Notes under the pieces: model-generated
Told to the model about the DNA's origin: nothing
Seen by the model: the letters and a program-made list of their open reading frames with translations, nothing else
Database searches by the model: none
Shown here: piece after piece, positions 47,001 to 57,200 of the stretch
Layout of the letters: each line of letters opens with the position of its first letter
How positions within the stretch are numbered: the first letter of the stretch is position 1
Made by a program: the position numbers and the translations under genes
DNA from: a virus
Taxonomy: Duplodnaviria > Caudoviricetes
Length of the DNA stretch: 59,216 nucleotides
IMG/VR virus record: IMGVR_UViG_3300024040_000027
Coordinates: 1 to 59,216 of that record
Reading direction: 5' to 3' (one strand)

Positions 47001-48201
47001 CGGGAAGCATTACCCAGCGACCATCCGCTTGAATGGCAACGAGCGCAATCTCGGGCTGTTCAAGAAGAAAGACAGCGGCGTTCTGTATGCCGAGGCGCTG
47101 GACGAAACCATGTACGGCCCGGTGTTCACGCAGTACAAAGTGACGGCAGACGGCAAGCTGGAAGAAGTTGGTACGCGCCGCCTGTTTGGACTTGACAAGG
47201 AGCCTGCCAAGCAAGCGGTTTCTGAATTCAACGCGCTGTTTGAGCAGCCGGCACCGGCTACCAATGAGGCCCAGCCCGAGCACGCCGAGGCGCCCGCAGA
47301 GCAGGCCACCCCAGAACTCACCAGGCAACAACTGAATCGGCTGTCCGTCAAGGATATGACGGACGCACAATTGCTGCGCGCTCTCGCCGAATTGCCGAAG
47401 CGCACCAAGCCGATCCAGAAGGAAATCGGGCGCCGTGGGCTAAATTCGGAGGAAAGCGCGCCAGCTCCAGCACCATCCGAAAGCAAGCCGGCCACGGCCA
47501 ATCAAGAACCCGTCAAGAACGTCGAGCCAGAACTGGCACCGGCTGCGGCCGAGGCGGCGCCTGCGAACCATGCTGCGGTGAAAGTGCCGCAGAGCGTCGA
47601 TGAGGCATTGACGGCAGACATGACGAAGCAACAGGCGCGCGTGAAACGTTTGCGCACCGCCGCAACTGCGGACGGCATGACGCTGGATGAAAAGACGGCC
47701 GCCCAGCTTAAGGTGACGGCCGCCGAAGCCACGCTGCGCTCGATGCGCATCAAGCGATTCGACGCCGAGGATGCCGTCGAGAAGGCTGTGGCAGACAAGG
47801 ATGCGCGGGCTTTTGCTGAGTTCGCTGACCTATTCCCGTCCGCCGCGCAGGCGCTGCAAGTGCTGGTTCCTGCCACCGAGTCGCCAGCGGTGGAGTCGGT
47901 GAGCCGGCTCACCCAGGCCCGCAACGACCTGATTGAAATGCGTACCCAGGCCGAGGAACAGGGGCGGGTTGCCGATGATCGCCTGTTGTCCAGGATTCGC
48001 CGACAAGAAGCACTTATCAAGGAACTGGAAACAGAGCAGTCGGAGCCATCGGCTGGCGCGCAGGAGGAAAGCGCGTTGCGCCAGCTGTCCGACATCATGG
48101 TAACGGTTGGCGGGCAAGAGCAGCCGGCGTCGGTTGCGCTTGCTGAAGCCGACGAGAAAATTACCTCTCTGAAGGATCTGCTTTCGTGTTTGCAAGCCTG
48201 A
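41080..48201 (+). CDS. Giant polyvalent virion protein: SLT transglycosylase, inorganic-pyrophosphatase-like domain, two BECR-like nuclease domains
   Basis: QQES...GARGGMQILPATF; PTDAQKEAGNYK...YGYIRGTVGADKDHID...FDEHK; two G..HI...H domains. Confidence 0.85.
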   Translation: MPALDQLNTLLSAPDPTPGSELDRGGVLEQALKLEGVDGQLADVARSVYQQESDSGRNAKTSNAGARGGMQILPATFNEVADKGWNIDDPLQNARSGIRYLKQRYEQAGGDPVLAAAGYYGGPAGLEKARRGIATADPRNPSAPNTLQYGQQVAARLGGASAPQDEEGNTAYVDGILNAALSYKAPEPEKPAVGVMRTIGDTGIKVAQGVVDLGASAVGLGSLATGGKIGEGMRALGYDPKRTNEILGEYLSDSQKASDAKVAEADGFVDAIVAGVENPRSILGGIAQSLPGMLMGMGVSAALASKVAAKAALATVEGRAAAQAALAAGKSASQAAEAAVATTAGRTAATAAIESGGTKFLAAGAATEGAQSAGQIADDAQASGRKYGDYALPALAAGAGTAAIGFGAGKLMGDAATEIATGAKSAGVKGGMAARAGKEFLSEGVLEEMPQSAQEQFFTNIAQGEDDLGKGVGNAAGTGLLVGGVQGAGMGALQRRHTPTVVPDTGVLSRAANAGQQAVADKLNAQPEVDPGAPLPFEKVPITPPAPAGLSLEQPAERDPNSIDFTPETAAPSAVGLENLQRYGSSGFVSNDLDALRQYVLRHKEGGHDFSIIPHVNGGYTVAPTDRLTPFVLDAVRHLQPDAAAQDAQTGTPARSAEQSALAEQEIRRSMSAPTGIGELGQLEPERQEQVPQKTESNFAKVDEAIAAGYKLHGKVLVSPNGKPYRLNQEELAYFKKAEQAAATNAAARAAAESVPAAPAVSAPMDAEPEFTTTKDLYGKTVTVRTADLSGNRNSLQLYSKAGKQIPGRIARENLDPTGEKLAANNAANANNPFLNVITTKDGRAFKSKIVAGREMNRRGLSATHEVVPASEVSPNASGYVVRRMSAKTLGEQIDSAAHEAATSPQNDIPEPTDAQKEAGNYKVGRIKLHGLDISIENPAGSVRSGVDRDGTPWENEMQHHYGYIRGTVGADKDHIDTFIGPNHESDKVFVVDQVHPDSGKFDEHKIVLGANNLSEAKEIYAANYAVNWRGGKSISELSIDDFKKWLKSGNTKKAFSSVDNSVFNKGFSNTWGADTKGSTNAQHGLSSPVKDDGFIKVPLGSAVSEIGRGNSSGGESVSDGGVSNSKFGGDSVKTPAGVSEQNGLVEAPLQSRKMDGDMLPLGHDRKVFDGVVKPIPVDVVNNLGPGKRPSDVSLHDNPVLKPLPSDAIDGNTDKPVGSPVGGEGPDVTSSRGSSHSSPIELKPNDTTDASISGGSLRDEKDATQIPPGLAKARALRDRKKAEQFVAAPDGSLQFGEITQDVAQKAKRQAGEIRLQQGNAEFGLIHIEQRHGDQIRAAGFESVPEFLAHALNHIDSIWQPNKTSQLVAIQVENGRSAVFVQLKPSEDGDFYTINTAFPAGKDYAEKRKGWKELWSRVPVPAEASGAPSHFAEPAQDAGKQATMESGQSKGDDTLSAGEGKFSQGLAAGQSDLLASSPEQKSSVDVPAAVPPGLAKARALRDQKRAEQFVPAPDGSLNFGEITPEIAKQAKRQAGKIRLQQGVQNPDGTGYGRVHIEANHGKEILAAGFSGVEDFVASVARNFNQVWQATKTRQLLVAVRGSRQDVMFVQLEPMEGGDYYRVNSAFPAQAAYFGRQERKGIKKLWDGSEPASVVTGQQPAYAAETPDSTSSQGSPTARGQSGHSVAEAAKVEKPLSASIGPNGAPEKTGTLNPREQSGESSVAPEDEKGAENAELENALAHLGDVLGDVFGAKLNATGQQHTAGALLPALSRVIELLVKKGARSFRDALTESVKAMRGNAAVAPHLDAISARQWKAAYNAIADFHDGTDSEETVAAISADDVRDMVASAAGQSQEKNGTQEGEKTDEPEPKTEVAEVGVRDQDVGTVEDIGRRSYASGSPRVAPGGLSGSNQKKWYSGYDSAKQEAAGKASENPENSAAPEHVAARADSRDQAEREITRQLNEQWSAQTGSGFAIGKHYPATIRLNGNERNLGLFKKKDSGVLYAEALDETMYGPVFTQYKVTADGKLEEVGTRRLFGLDKEPAKQAVSEFNALFEQPAPATNEAQPEHAEAPAEQATPELTRQQLNRLSVKDMTDAQLLRALAELPKRTKPIQKEIGRRGLNSEESAPAPAPSESKPATANQEPVKNVEPELAPAAAEAAPANHAAVKVPQSVDEALTADMTKQQARVKRLRTAATADGMTLDEKTAAQLKVTAAEATLRSMRIKRFDAEDAVEKAVADKDARAFAEFADLFPSAAQALQVLVPATESPAVESVSRLTQARNDLIEMRTQAEEQGRVADDRLLSRIRRQEALIKELETEQSEPSAGAQEESALRQLSDIMVTVGGQEQPASVALAEADEKITSLKDLLSCLQA
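44248..44787 (-). CDS. HNH endonuclease with two HTH-like repeats, nested antisense within the giant gene
   Basis: EHRVVME..IGRPL..SEVVHHIDGNGLNNAIENL...EH..IH. Confidence 0.85.
   Translation of the reverse strand: MARPSTGGHVRTFPAHGTSYRLISVSVNGVRRQRFEHRVVMEAHIGRPLTRSEVVHHIDGNGLNNAIENLAIMTQREHVAIHLSGLKWSLDEAILLRNSGWSFDRIAAKFGVTYAAIRNGFAARGIPTTDLRHGTTKWDFDKAVILYRAGESMLSIGRSLGVSAPSIRKAFVKNGVIDA
45315..45423. ncRNA. Structured element 1, 3' of first BECR-like domain
   Basis: GCTTTGG/CCAAAGC closing stem; inner stems GGTTCC/GGAATC, GGCG/CGCC, CCTGC/GCAGG. Confidence 0.55.
46005..46119. ncRNA. Structured element 2, 3' of second BECR-like domain
   Basis: ACTCTGG/CCAGAGT, GAGCG/CGCTC, GTTGTC/GACAAC, GCTGC/GCAGC, CCTGA/TCAGG. 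Confidence 0.6.
46155..46230. ncRNA. 76-nt cloverleaf element within CDS
   Basis: GCCGCTTT/AAAGCGGC closing three hairpins CCAT/ATGG, CCTG/CAGG, CTCT/AGAG. Confidence 0.5.
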
Positions 48202-48240
48202 TAATCGACGCCACCTAATTTCTACGACACAAGGCCGACA

Positions 48241-51200
48241 ATGGGTTCTCCTTCGCTCTGCTTATCGCAAAATCCGCTCGGGAAACACCGCAAGGAGTTT
48301 GATGAGAAGGTTGCCGAGGTCAAGGCTCTGGATGAGGTCGGATCACAGCAGGCGCATGTGGTGGCAGCGCAGATCATGCTGAGGGAGGCCGAGGAAAGCC
48401 GCGCGGCCATCGTGGCGCAGATCAATGCCAATGCCAAGCGCGACGGCTATGCGGTTGACTGGGCAACTTTTGCACAATCGTTGAATCACGCTACACTTGA
48501 CACGGGATTACAACATGGTGGTGACGATGGACAGAGCAACGCTGGCGATGATGGCGCGCAAGCATTGGGCCGAGTGGCTGCCGCAAAAGACCGAGGATCT
48601 GAAGGAATCCGGCAGTCTGAACGAGGAAATTCAGGCGGCGGCCGCAGCGGCGCAGAAGTGGATTCAGGAGCTGATGGCGAGCGGCTACCAGGAGCACGAG
48701 GCCGCAGAAATGGCGCTGGCCAGGTACATTCTTCTCAAGCCGGAAGAGTCAGAGGACGACTGGGAGAGCCGCGAACTGGCGGAGATGGAAGCGGAGTACC
48801 AGGAAATGATGCGGGAGCCGGAGGATCCGGACGATCCGGAGTCGTAAGTAGCGCGCCGAATATCCCGGCGCAGAATTTCCGCATCACCGACGACGTGCGG
48901 CTGGGCCAGGGTGGCGAAGTTGAGAAATTCAACGACAACCTGCGGGCGATTCGCACGCTCAAGCAGATCGAGGCGGAAGGCCGGCGCGCAACGCCGGAAG
49001 AGCAGGCCATTTTGGCGCGCTATGTCGGTTGGGGTGGCCTTGCCAATGCCTTCCCTGACCCGCTGAGCGGGACATTCAAGGAGGCATGGTCCAAGCGCGG
49101 CCCGGAACTGGCCGCGCTGCTGACGCCAAAAGAACACCAGATGGCCGGCCGCTCGACGCTGGACTCGCACTACACCTCGCAGACGGTGGTCAACAGCATG
49201 TGGGCGGCCGCCGCGCGGCTTGGTTTCAAGGGCGGCATGGCCCTGGAGTCGTCGATGGGCGTCGGCAACTTCCTGGGTTTGATCCCGGAATGGCTTTCTG
49301 CCAACACCAAATTTGTCGGCGTCGAATACGACAGCCTGACATCGCGTATCGCAGCCTTGCTGTACCCGCAGGCCACCATCCTTAATTCCGGCTTCCAAAG
49401 CGTGCCGCTTTCGGATGGGTCATTCGATCTGTCGATTGGCAATCCGCCGTTCGGCAACCAGTCGCTGCGCTTCCAGTTCAAGCCCGAGCTGAACGCGCAC
49501 TCGATCCACAATCAATTCTTCCTGGCGTCGATCGATGCCGTGAAGCCTGGCGGCCTGCAGATTCAAGTCGTGTCGCGCTACCTGATGGATGCGGTGGATA
49601 CGAGCGCACGCGCGGCGCTGGCAAAAAAAGCCAAATTGATTGGCGCAATCCGCTTGCCAGATACCGCATTCAAGGAAAATGCGCGCACCGAAGTGGTGAC
49701 CGACATTCTTTTCTTGCAGCGATTGACGGCCCAAGAGCAGGCCGAAATGGAGGCTGCATTTGCCGCCGCACGCCAGAAAAAGGAGAAGAACTACCAGGCC
49801 GAACAAGAGCGGCAAGCCCTGGCTGACCGAGTGCCGAGTTGGGTGAACTCGACCAAGGTGCCGGATCCTCTGGGCGGCGAGCCGATGCAGATCAGCCGGT
49901 ATTTTGCCGATCATCCAGAGATGATCATGGGGACGCTGGAGCGCTCCGGGTCAATGGCGCACGGCAACGATATCACCGTGCGACTGGATAAGGGCGAGAG
50001 CTTGGCCGGCATGCTCGACGCTGCCATTTCTCGCCTGCCAGAAGGCGTGATGCGGCAGGAGCAAAGCGCGATCGATGCATCAATCGCGCGCCATCAGGCG
50101 ATGTCGGATGCCCTGCATATCGCCATTTCCGGGCAAGAGCAGGGCGCAATCACGTTTGATGCCGATGGCAACCTGCAGCAGGTTTTTGAGCGAGAAACGC
50201 CCAACGGCGACTTTGAATTGGCCAAGCGCACGCTTTCCGCGACATCGCCGTGGTCTCCTGAGTTGTACCAGAACGACAAGGGCCAATGGTACAAGATCGA
50301 GGCGGTGCTCGACGAGGCCGGCAAGCCGGTCAAGCAGCAGGTAAAAAACTCGATTACCGGGGAGGTCAGGAGCACCAACAAGAATGTCTACGGCCGCGTG
50401 GTATTCGAGAAGGAATCCGACATTCCTTCCGGTTTGTTACTTGGAGCGGAGAAATTCAAGCGCCTGAAGGCGCTGGTCGGGCTTCGCGATTTGTTGTCCG
50501 ACCAGTTGAGCATGGAGGCAGAGGATGCCGGCGCAGCGCAGATCGAGGGCAACAGAAAGGCTTTGAAGGAAGCCTATCAGAAGTTCGTCAAGGACAGCGG
50601 TTACATCAACGAGCCGGCCAATGCTGCGCTGGTTGCCAATATGCCTGATGGCGCGCTGGTGCTGGCACTCGAACTGCAATACCGCCCGGCGATCAGCGCG
50701 GCCAAGGCAGCCAGGATCGGGGAAAAGGTACGCGGCGCATCGGCGACGCCAGCCCCGATCTTGTCCGAGCGCGTGATCATGAAATATGAGCCGCCCACCA
50801 GCGCCGCATCGCATGCTGACGCGCTGGCGATCGCAATGGCCGAATCTGGCCGGGTGGACATGGATCGTATCGCCAGCCTGCTTGGCCGCCCGACCGAGGA
50901 TATCAGCGCGGAAATGCTCGGCGCGGACAAGCCAATGGTATTCAAAGATCCGGAAAGCGGCGAGATCGTTGACCGCAATGAATACCTGTCCGGGCAAGTC
51001 AAGCGCAAGCTGGAAGCGGCGCGCAACGCCGGCCTGTCGAAGAACGTCGAGGCGCTGACTGCAGTTCAGCCGGAGCCGTGGGGTGCAGAAAGTGTTACTG
51101 CGCTGCTTGGTTCGACTTGGGTACCGCCCGCAGTGTACGAGGCTTTCATCGCCCATATCTCCGGCGGTAACCCGCGAGTCAGTTTTTCCAGGCTGACCAA

Positions 51201-54200
51201 TAGCTTCACGGTAACGAATGCTTCTCGCATCAGGGCCAATGAGGAAGAGTGGGGCACTGATGATGTGGCATCGGCCAGCATCATCAATGACCTTCTCAAC
51301 AGCCGCGCCGTCAAAGTCACCCGCACGGATAGCGATGGCAAAACCTACGTCGACCAGGAAGCTACGGCGCTGGCGCTATTGAAGGCAAAGGCCATCAGTA
51401 ACGAATTCAGCGACTGGGTATTTGCTGATTCCGACCGGCGTAACCTGCTTGTCGATACCTTCAACGAAAAATTCAATACCCGCGTCAATCGCCAGCATGA
51501 CGGTTCGCACCTGCTCCTGCCGGGGAAGGTGCCGGACATGATTATCAAAATGCGCCGGCATCAAAAAAATGCGATATGGCGTGGTATTTCAGAGCGATTC
51601 ATGCTGCTGGATCACATTGTTGGTGCCGGCAAGAGCTTTACGGCAATCGCGCGCGCGATGGAGCGTCGGCGCATGGGCCTGTCAAAAAAGCCGGCGATCA
51701 TCGTGCCGAACCACATGGTTCAGCAATTCACGTCCGATGCCTACCGGCTGTATCCGGGCGCAAAGGTACTGGCCGCAACCAAGCGCGATTTTGAAAAAAA
51801 GAACCGCCGCAAGTTCTTTGCAAAGATCGCCACCGGCGACTTCGACATCGTGATCATCCCGCATTCGTCGTTCGGCTTCATCGGCATTTCTCCTGAAACC
51901 GAAGCCCGATACCTGGAGCAGGAATTGGAAGCGGCTGAGGCGGCGATCAAGGATGCGCAGGCCGCAGCGGATAAAGAGGGCGGAGGCGGATACCGCAAGC
52001 CGTTTGGCGTCAAGGAGGCTGAGCGACTGCGCGACAAGATCACCGCGCGCATGGACAAGATCAGGGGCGCCGATAGCAAAGACCGCCTGCTGACCTTCGA
52101 GCAAATGGGGATCGACGATTTGACCGTCGATGAGGCCCACGAATTCAAAAATTTGTTCTACAGCTCGCGCCTGACGAACGTCATGGGCATGGGGAACAAG
52201 GAAGGCTCGCAAAAGGCATTTGACCTGTACAACAAGGTTCGGGTGCTGCGTGACTCTCCGAAGGGCACCGTTACGTTCATGACCGGTACGCCGATCTCGA
52301 ACAGCGCGGTGGAAATGTACACCATGATGCGCTTCCTGGCCGCCAAGGAATTGGACGAGTTGGGGCTGAGCCACTTTGACGCATGGCGCGCGCAATTCGT
52401 GTCCACTGACGCCGACTGGGAGCAGAACGAAACGGGGCGCCTGAAGGAGGTCAATCGGCTTGGCCGCACATGGTCGAATATGCGTTCGCTGATGGACCTG
52501 TACTACTCCTTTACCGATTCCGTCAGCAACGACGACATCAAGTCCGCCTATGCCGAGGACAACAACGGCGCGCAGTTCCCGATTCCGAAGGTGAAGGATG
52601 GCGATCGGCAGTCGGTCGTGGTGCAGCCGACCGAGGCCCAGTTGTCTCTGCTGAACCATATCATTGAAGAATTTGACGCTCTGCCGAGCATCAATGACCC
52701 GCGCGAGCGAAATATCCGACGCCTGAAGCTGAGGGACAGGGCTCGAAAGGTATCGCTCGACGTGCGCGCGGCCGACCCGACCAACCCCAGTGACGAGCAG
52801 GGAGGCAAGCTCGACAAGTTGGCGGCGGAAGTTCACCGGATTTACCAGAAATGGGACAAGGATCTCGGTACTCAGCTGATTTTCCTTGACCGCTCTGTTC
52901 CAAAGGCGAAGGGCGACGACAAGACACTGAAGGAATATGACGCTCTGCTGGCCGAGCAAGGCAAGGCGTTGGCGGACGGCGACGAGGACGGTCTACGCCG
53001 TGTCGGCGAAAAGCTGGAGAAATACGACTCCAACGAAATGGCCGAAATGCGCAGCGCGCAGGCGGGCGGATGGAATGCGTACCAGCAAATCAAGGACAAC
53101 TTGATGGCGCTGGGCATCCCGTCCAGCGAAATCCGATTTATTCAGGAAGCCAACAACGACGCGCAGAAGCAGGCCATGTTCGATGCCGTCAATGACGGCA
53201 GCGTGCGCGTCCTGATCGGTTCGACACCGCGTATGGGTGCCGGGACCAATGTGCAGCAGCGTCTGGTGGCGCTGCATCACGGCGACGTGACGTGGAAGCC
53301 ATCCGACATCGAGCAGCGCGAAGGCCGGATTATCCGGCAGGGCAACATGCTGCTGGATAAGTACGGGATCGACAAGTTCGAAGTCGAGATCCTGGCTTAC
53401 GCGACCGAGCACACCATTGATGCAAAAATGTGGAGCCTGAATTCCTCCAAATTGAAAACCATCAACGGCATCCGCAAGTACGATGGCGCATTCTCGATGG
53501 AATTTGAGGATGCGGAATCGGTCAGCATGGCCGAATTGGCGGCGCTGGCATCGGGTGATCCGCTGCTGCTGGAGCGGGTCAAGCTGATGTCGGAAATCGA
53601 CAATCTGAACCTGCTGAAGCGTCAGCATGCCCGCAAAGAGTGGGGCATCATCAGCCAGATCGAATCTGCAGAGAAGGCGATCGCCCGCATCCCGGCCGCG
53701 ATCTCCGCTATGGAGACGGATATCGAGCGGCTGCGCGCGGCGCACGCGGCGGTAGAGGCCAAGGTTGCGGCTCGCGAAATTGACATCGAGGGCAAAACCT
53801 ACAGCACGCCAGAATCCGCCAAACTGGCGGCGCATGCAGCGCAGCAGGCACAGCAGAACGGCGATGACAATGCCAAATTCTCGATCAGCGTCAATGGCCG
53901 CCGGAAATCGACGCAAAACACCTATCTGGACGAGATCAGCCACGTTTTCGGAGACACCAAGCCATTTGAAATGGTGGTGAACGACGAGCCGTACATTGGT
54001 CGCACGGATGCTGCGCGCCTGCTGGCTGAAAAATCGAGTGAGATTGCCGGGGCTCTTGGAAAGGGCGGCGAGGAATCCATCAAGATGGGCACCTACATGG
54101 GGTTCCCGCTTGAACTGACGGTTGGCCGTAGCAGTCACTTCGATGCGTTTTATGCGACGCTCTCCCTGTTGCGCGAGGATGGCAGTACCTTGGCATCCGC

Positions 54201-57200
54201 CGACACCAGCGGTATCGAAACCAGCCGCTTTTCCACGCAAGCACTGCGCCCGCTGCTGACGCGGCTCGACGGCGATATCGACGTTGACAACAAGCTCCGT
54301 CAAATCAGCGACAGCCGTCGCCGTCTGGCCGCTGCACAGGCCGAACTGCCGGAGTTGCTTGCCAAGAAAGGTGCGCCATTCCCCAAGGCGGAGGAATTGG
54401 ACGCCAAGAATGCGCGCTTGGAAGAAGTCATTCGCGCGCTGTCTGGCGACAAGGCGGACAGCGCGGCGGCGGCATCAGGCGCGGTCTTTTCGCGCGGGGC
54501 CAATATGGGCGGATCGCCCATCGGGCAGGACGTGAATCGAACCGCCGTGACTGAGGCGGAAGTGCGTCGCGTAGTAGATCGCATTCTCGGGACGATGCCG
54601 AACGCGAATCTGCCCAATTTCCATATTTTTGATACTTTCGACGCGCTTCCCGCTGCGGTCATAGACCAGGCCATCAAGGAGGGAGCTAAAGGGACCGTCG
54701 ACGCCGTGCGTAACGAAAACGGCATTCTCCTGGTTCGCGACCGGTTCACTTCGACGGAACATCTTGAAAAAGCCATTTTTCATGAACTGGCGCATGAAGG
54801 ACTCCGCAAATTATTTGGCAGCGACTTCGTTGCCAAGATGAATCAACTGTTTTTGGCGGTTGGCGGGGAAAGCGGCCTGCGTCGCATCGCAGCCAAGCAT
54901 AACATTTCTCTGGATGCGTATTTCAAGGGCTTCGAGAGCAACAAGGAGGCATATACCCCGGACGAGCGCCGGGCGACATTGACCGAGGAACTGCTGGCAT
55001 ACATTGCCGAAGAGCGTCCGACCCTGAAAAGCAAGGTGCTGGAAATCGTTGGCATGGTCCGAAACTGGCTGCGCGAGCATGGATTTTCAGCGCTGCCGTC
55101 TGGCACCAATGCAGACATTCTGGACATTTTGCGCCGTAGCCGGAAGGCGCTCGGCGCACCGCAGTCGGTTGGTGGCCGCCTATCTGGCAATGCGTTCCTG
55201 GAGAACAAGCTGGGCGAACTGGCGCGGGCTGCGCGCGCCTCTGGTAACGAGAACCAGACAGTGGTGCTTGGCAAGCTGTCAGCTGCCGAGGTAGCGCTAC
55301 TCAGTCGCGAAGGCGTGGCTGTGGATGATGGCTATTCCCACGCGGCCGACATGTTTGCCGTGCGCCATGCGCTCAACCGGCATGGTGATGAAAGGGTGGA
55401 GAAAAGCCGAGGGCAACTCGCCATTACTGACAATGACGTTGCGCAAATCGCCGAAGCGATTGCTGCGCCAACTGCCTATGTGCTTGGCGGAAAGACGCCA
55501 CGCAAACAGGACGTGGTAGGGACCATCAAGCGATTGGCCGATGGGACGTTGCTGTATTTGGAGGAAGTGCGCTCCGGGCGCAAGACGCTGTCGATGACCA
55601 GCATGAGAAAGTACCCCGGTACGACGGATTTCGACACCATTGCGAATAGTGTCCTGCCGTCCAACGCCCGAAGCGATACCGGGGATGTGCGTATTGTGTA
55701 TCCCGATGGGCGAGAAAGTCAACCTGGCAAAGATGGCCGCAATTTCGATCCGGCCAATCATGATATCCGCTTCAGGCGTAGCGATCCACGCGGCCAACTG
55801 GGTAGCGCTCTGGCGACGGCAGCCAACAGCATCAAGGATGTTCGCTTGCCGGCCGACTATCTGGTTGGCGACTTCCTGAGCAGCAACGGGAAGCTATCGT
55901 GGTGGCACAAGACCATTGGTACCCAGTACAACCTGGCCAAGCGCAGCCCGCTTTACGCGAAGGTATACGACCGGGTGCAGAGCTTCATTGGCGACGTTTC
56001 GCAGTATGCGGTGGAGGCGGCAGACCAAGCGCCGAACATCCTGCCGAAACTGGAAAACCTCGCTGATATCTGGCAAAAGCAGCCGTTGACGCCCGAGGAT
56101 ACCAAGGCGGTGAGTGCGCCGATCTTCGAAGGCACGCTGATCTGGAGCCGTGACGCGCACGGCCGACCGATCAAGCTGTCGGAGTTGGAAGATGCTGCCA
56201 GCCGCATGACGACTGAGCAAAAGAAGGACGTTTTGCTGCAGAAGGGCGTGATCGACGACGATCAAGTCCGACGCTGGCAGGCCAATCCACTCGATTTTTA
56301 CGATGCGGCCATCAACAATCGCTACGAGCAGTCGGAGCTTCGGGGCGGTATCGTCTGGACCCCGAGCGAACTGCAAACAATGTTTGGCCTGAACGCCAAG
56401 CAAATTGGGCTGTATCAGGAATTCCGCGCCGCGACCGACCGCAGCCTGACCAGTCTGGCGATTTCCGACATGCTGAAGTTCGGCGGCAAGGATGCCGAGG
56501 CGGTTACGGAGGAGGCAATGGGCGCCAATGACGTGGGGCGTGCAGGCGAACTGCTGCGCGACCACTTCATGCGGTTGGCTGAGGATGACCCCGCGCGCGA
56601 GAAATCGCTGATGGATACGGCCACGGCCATGATTGACAAGGCCGACCGGGCGCAGGATCTGATGGATCGTGGCTATGCGCCGCTGTCGCGCTTCGGCCAC
56701 TACACGGTGTACGTGCAAAACGGCGGTGAGCAGGTGTATTTCGGCATGTTTGAGAACAAAGCCGAGGCCGCCAAGATGGCGCGCAAGATGCGCGAAAACT
56801 ACCCCGATGCGCAAATTACGCACGGCACCGCGTCCGAGGAAAGCTACAAGCTGTTTGCCGGGGTATCTCCGGAAACCGTGGAGCTGTTCGGCAGCATGCT
56901 GGGCTTGGACAGTCAGGGTGATGGCGCCGCCAGCGAGGCCTACCAAGCCTACCTGAAGCTGGCAAAGAACAGTCGCAGCGCCATGAAGCGGCTGATCGAG
57001 CGCAAGGGTGTTGCCGGCTTCTCTGAAGATGCCGGGCGCGTCCTGGCCGGGTTCGTCTACTCGAATGCTCGCCTGACTTCGAGCAACCTTCACATGGGCG
57101 AATTGAACGATGCCATCAATGACATCCCCAAGGCGCAAGGCGAACTGAAGGACGCGGCGGTGCAGTTGGCCGAGCACGTCAAAAATCCGCAGGGCGGCGG

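Noticed and set aside
48195-48245. Readthrough or frameshift joining the two giant ORFs
   Set aside because: Tandem in-frame stops (TGA TAA) plus a further in-frame TAA in the 39-nt gap; treated as separate genes
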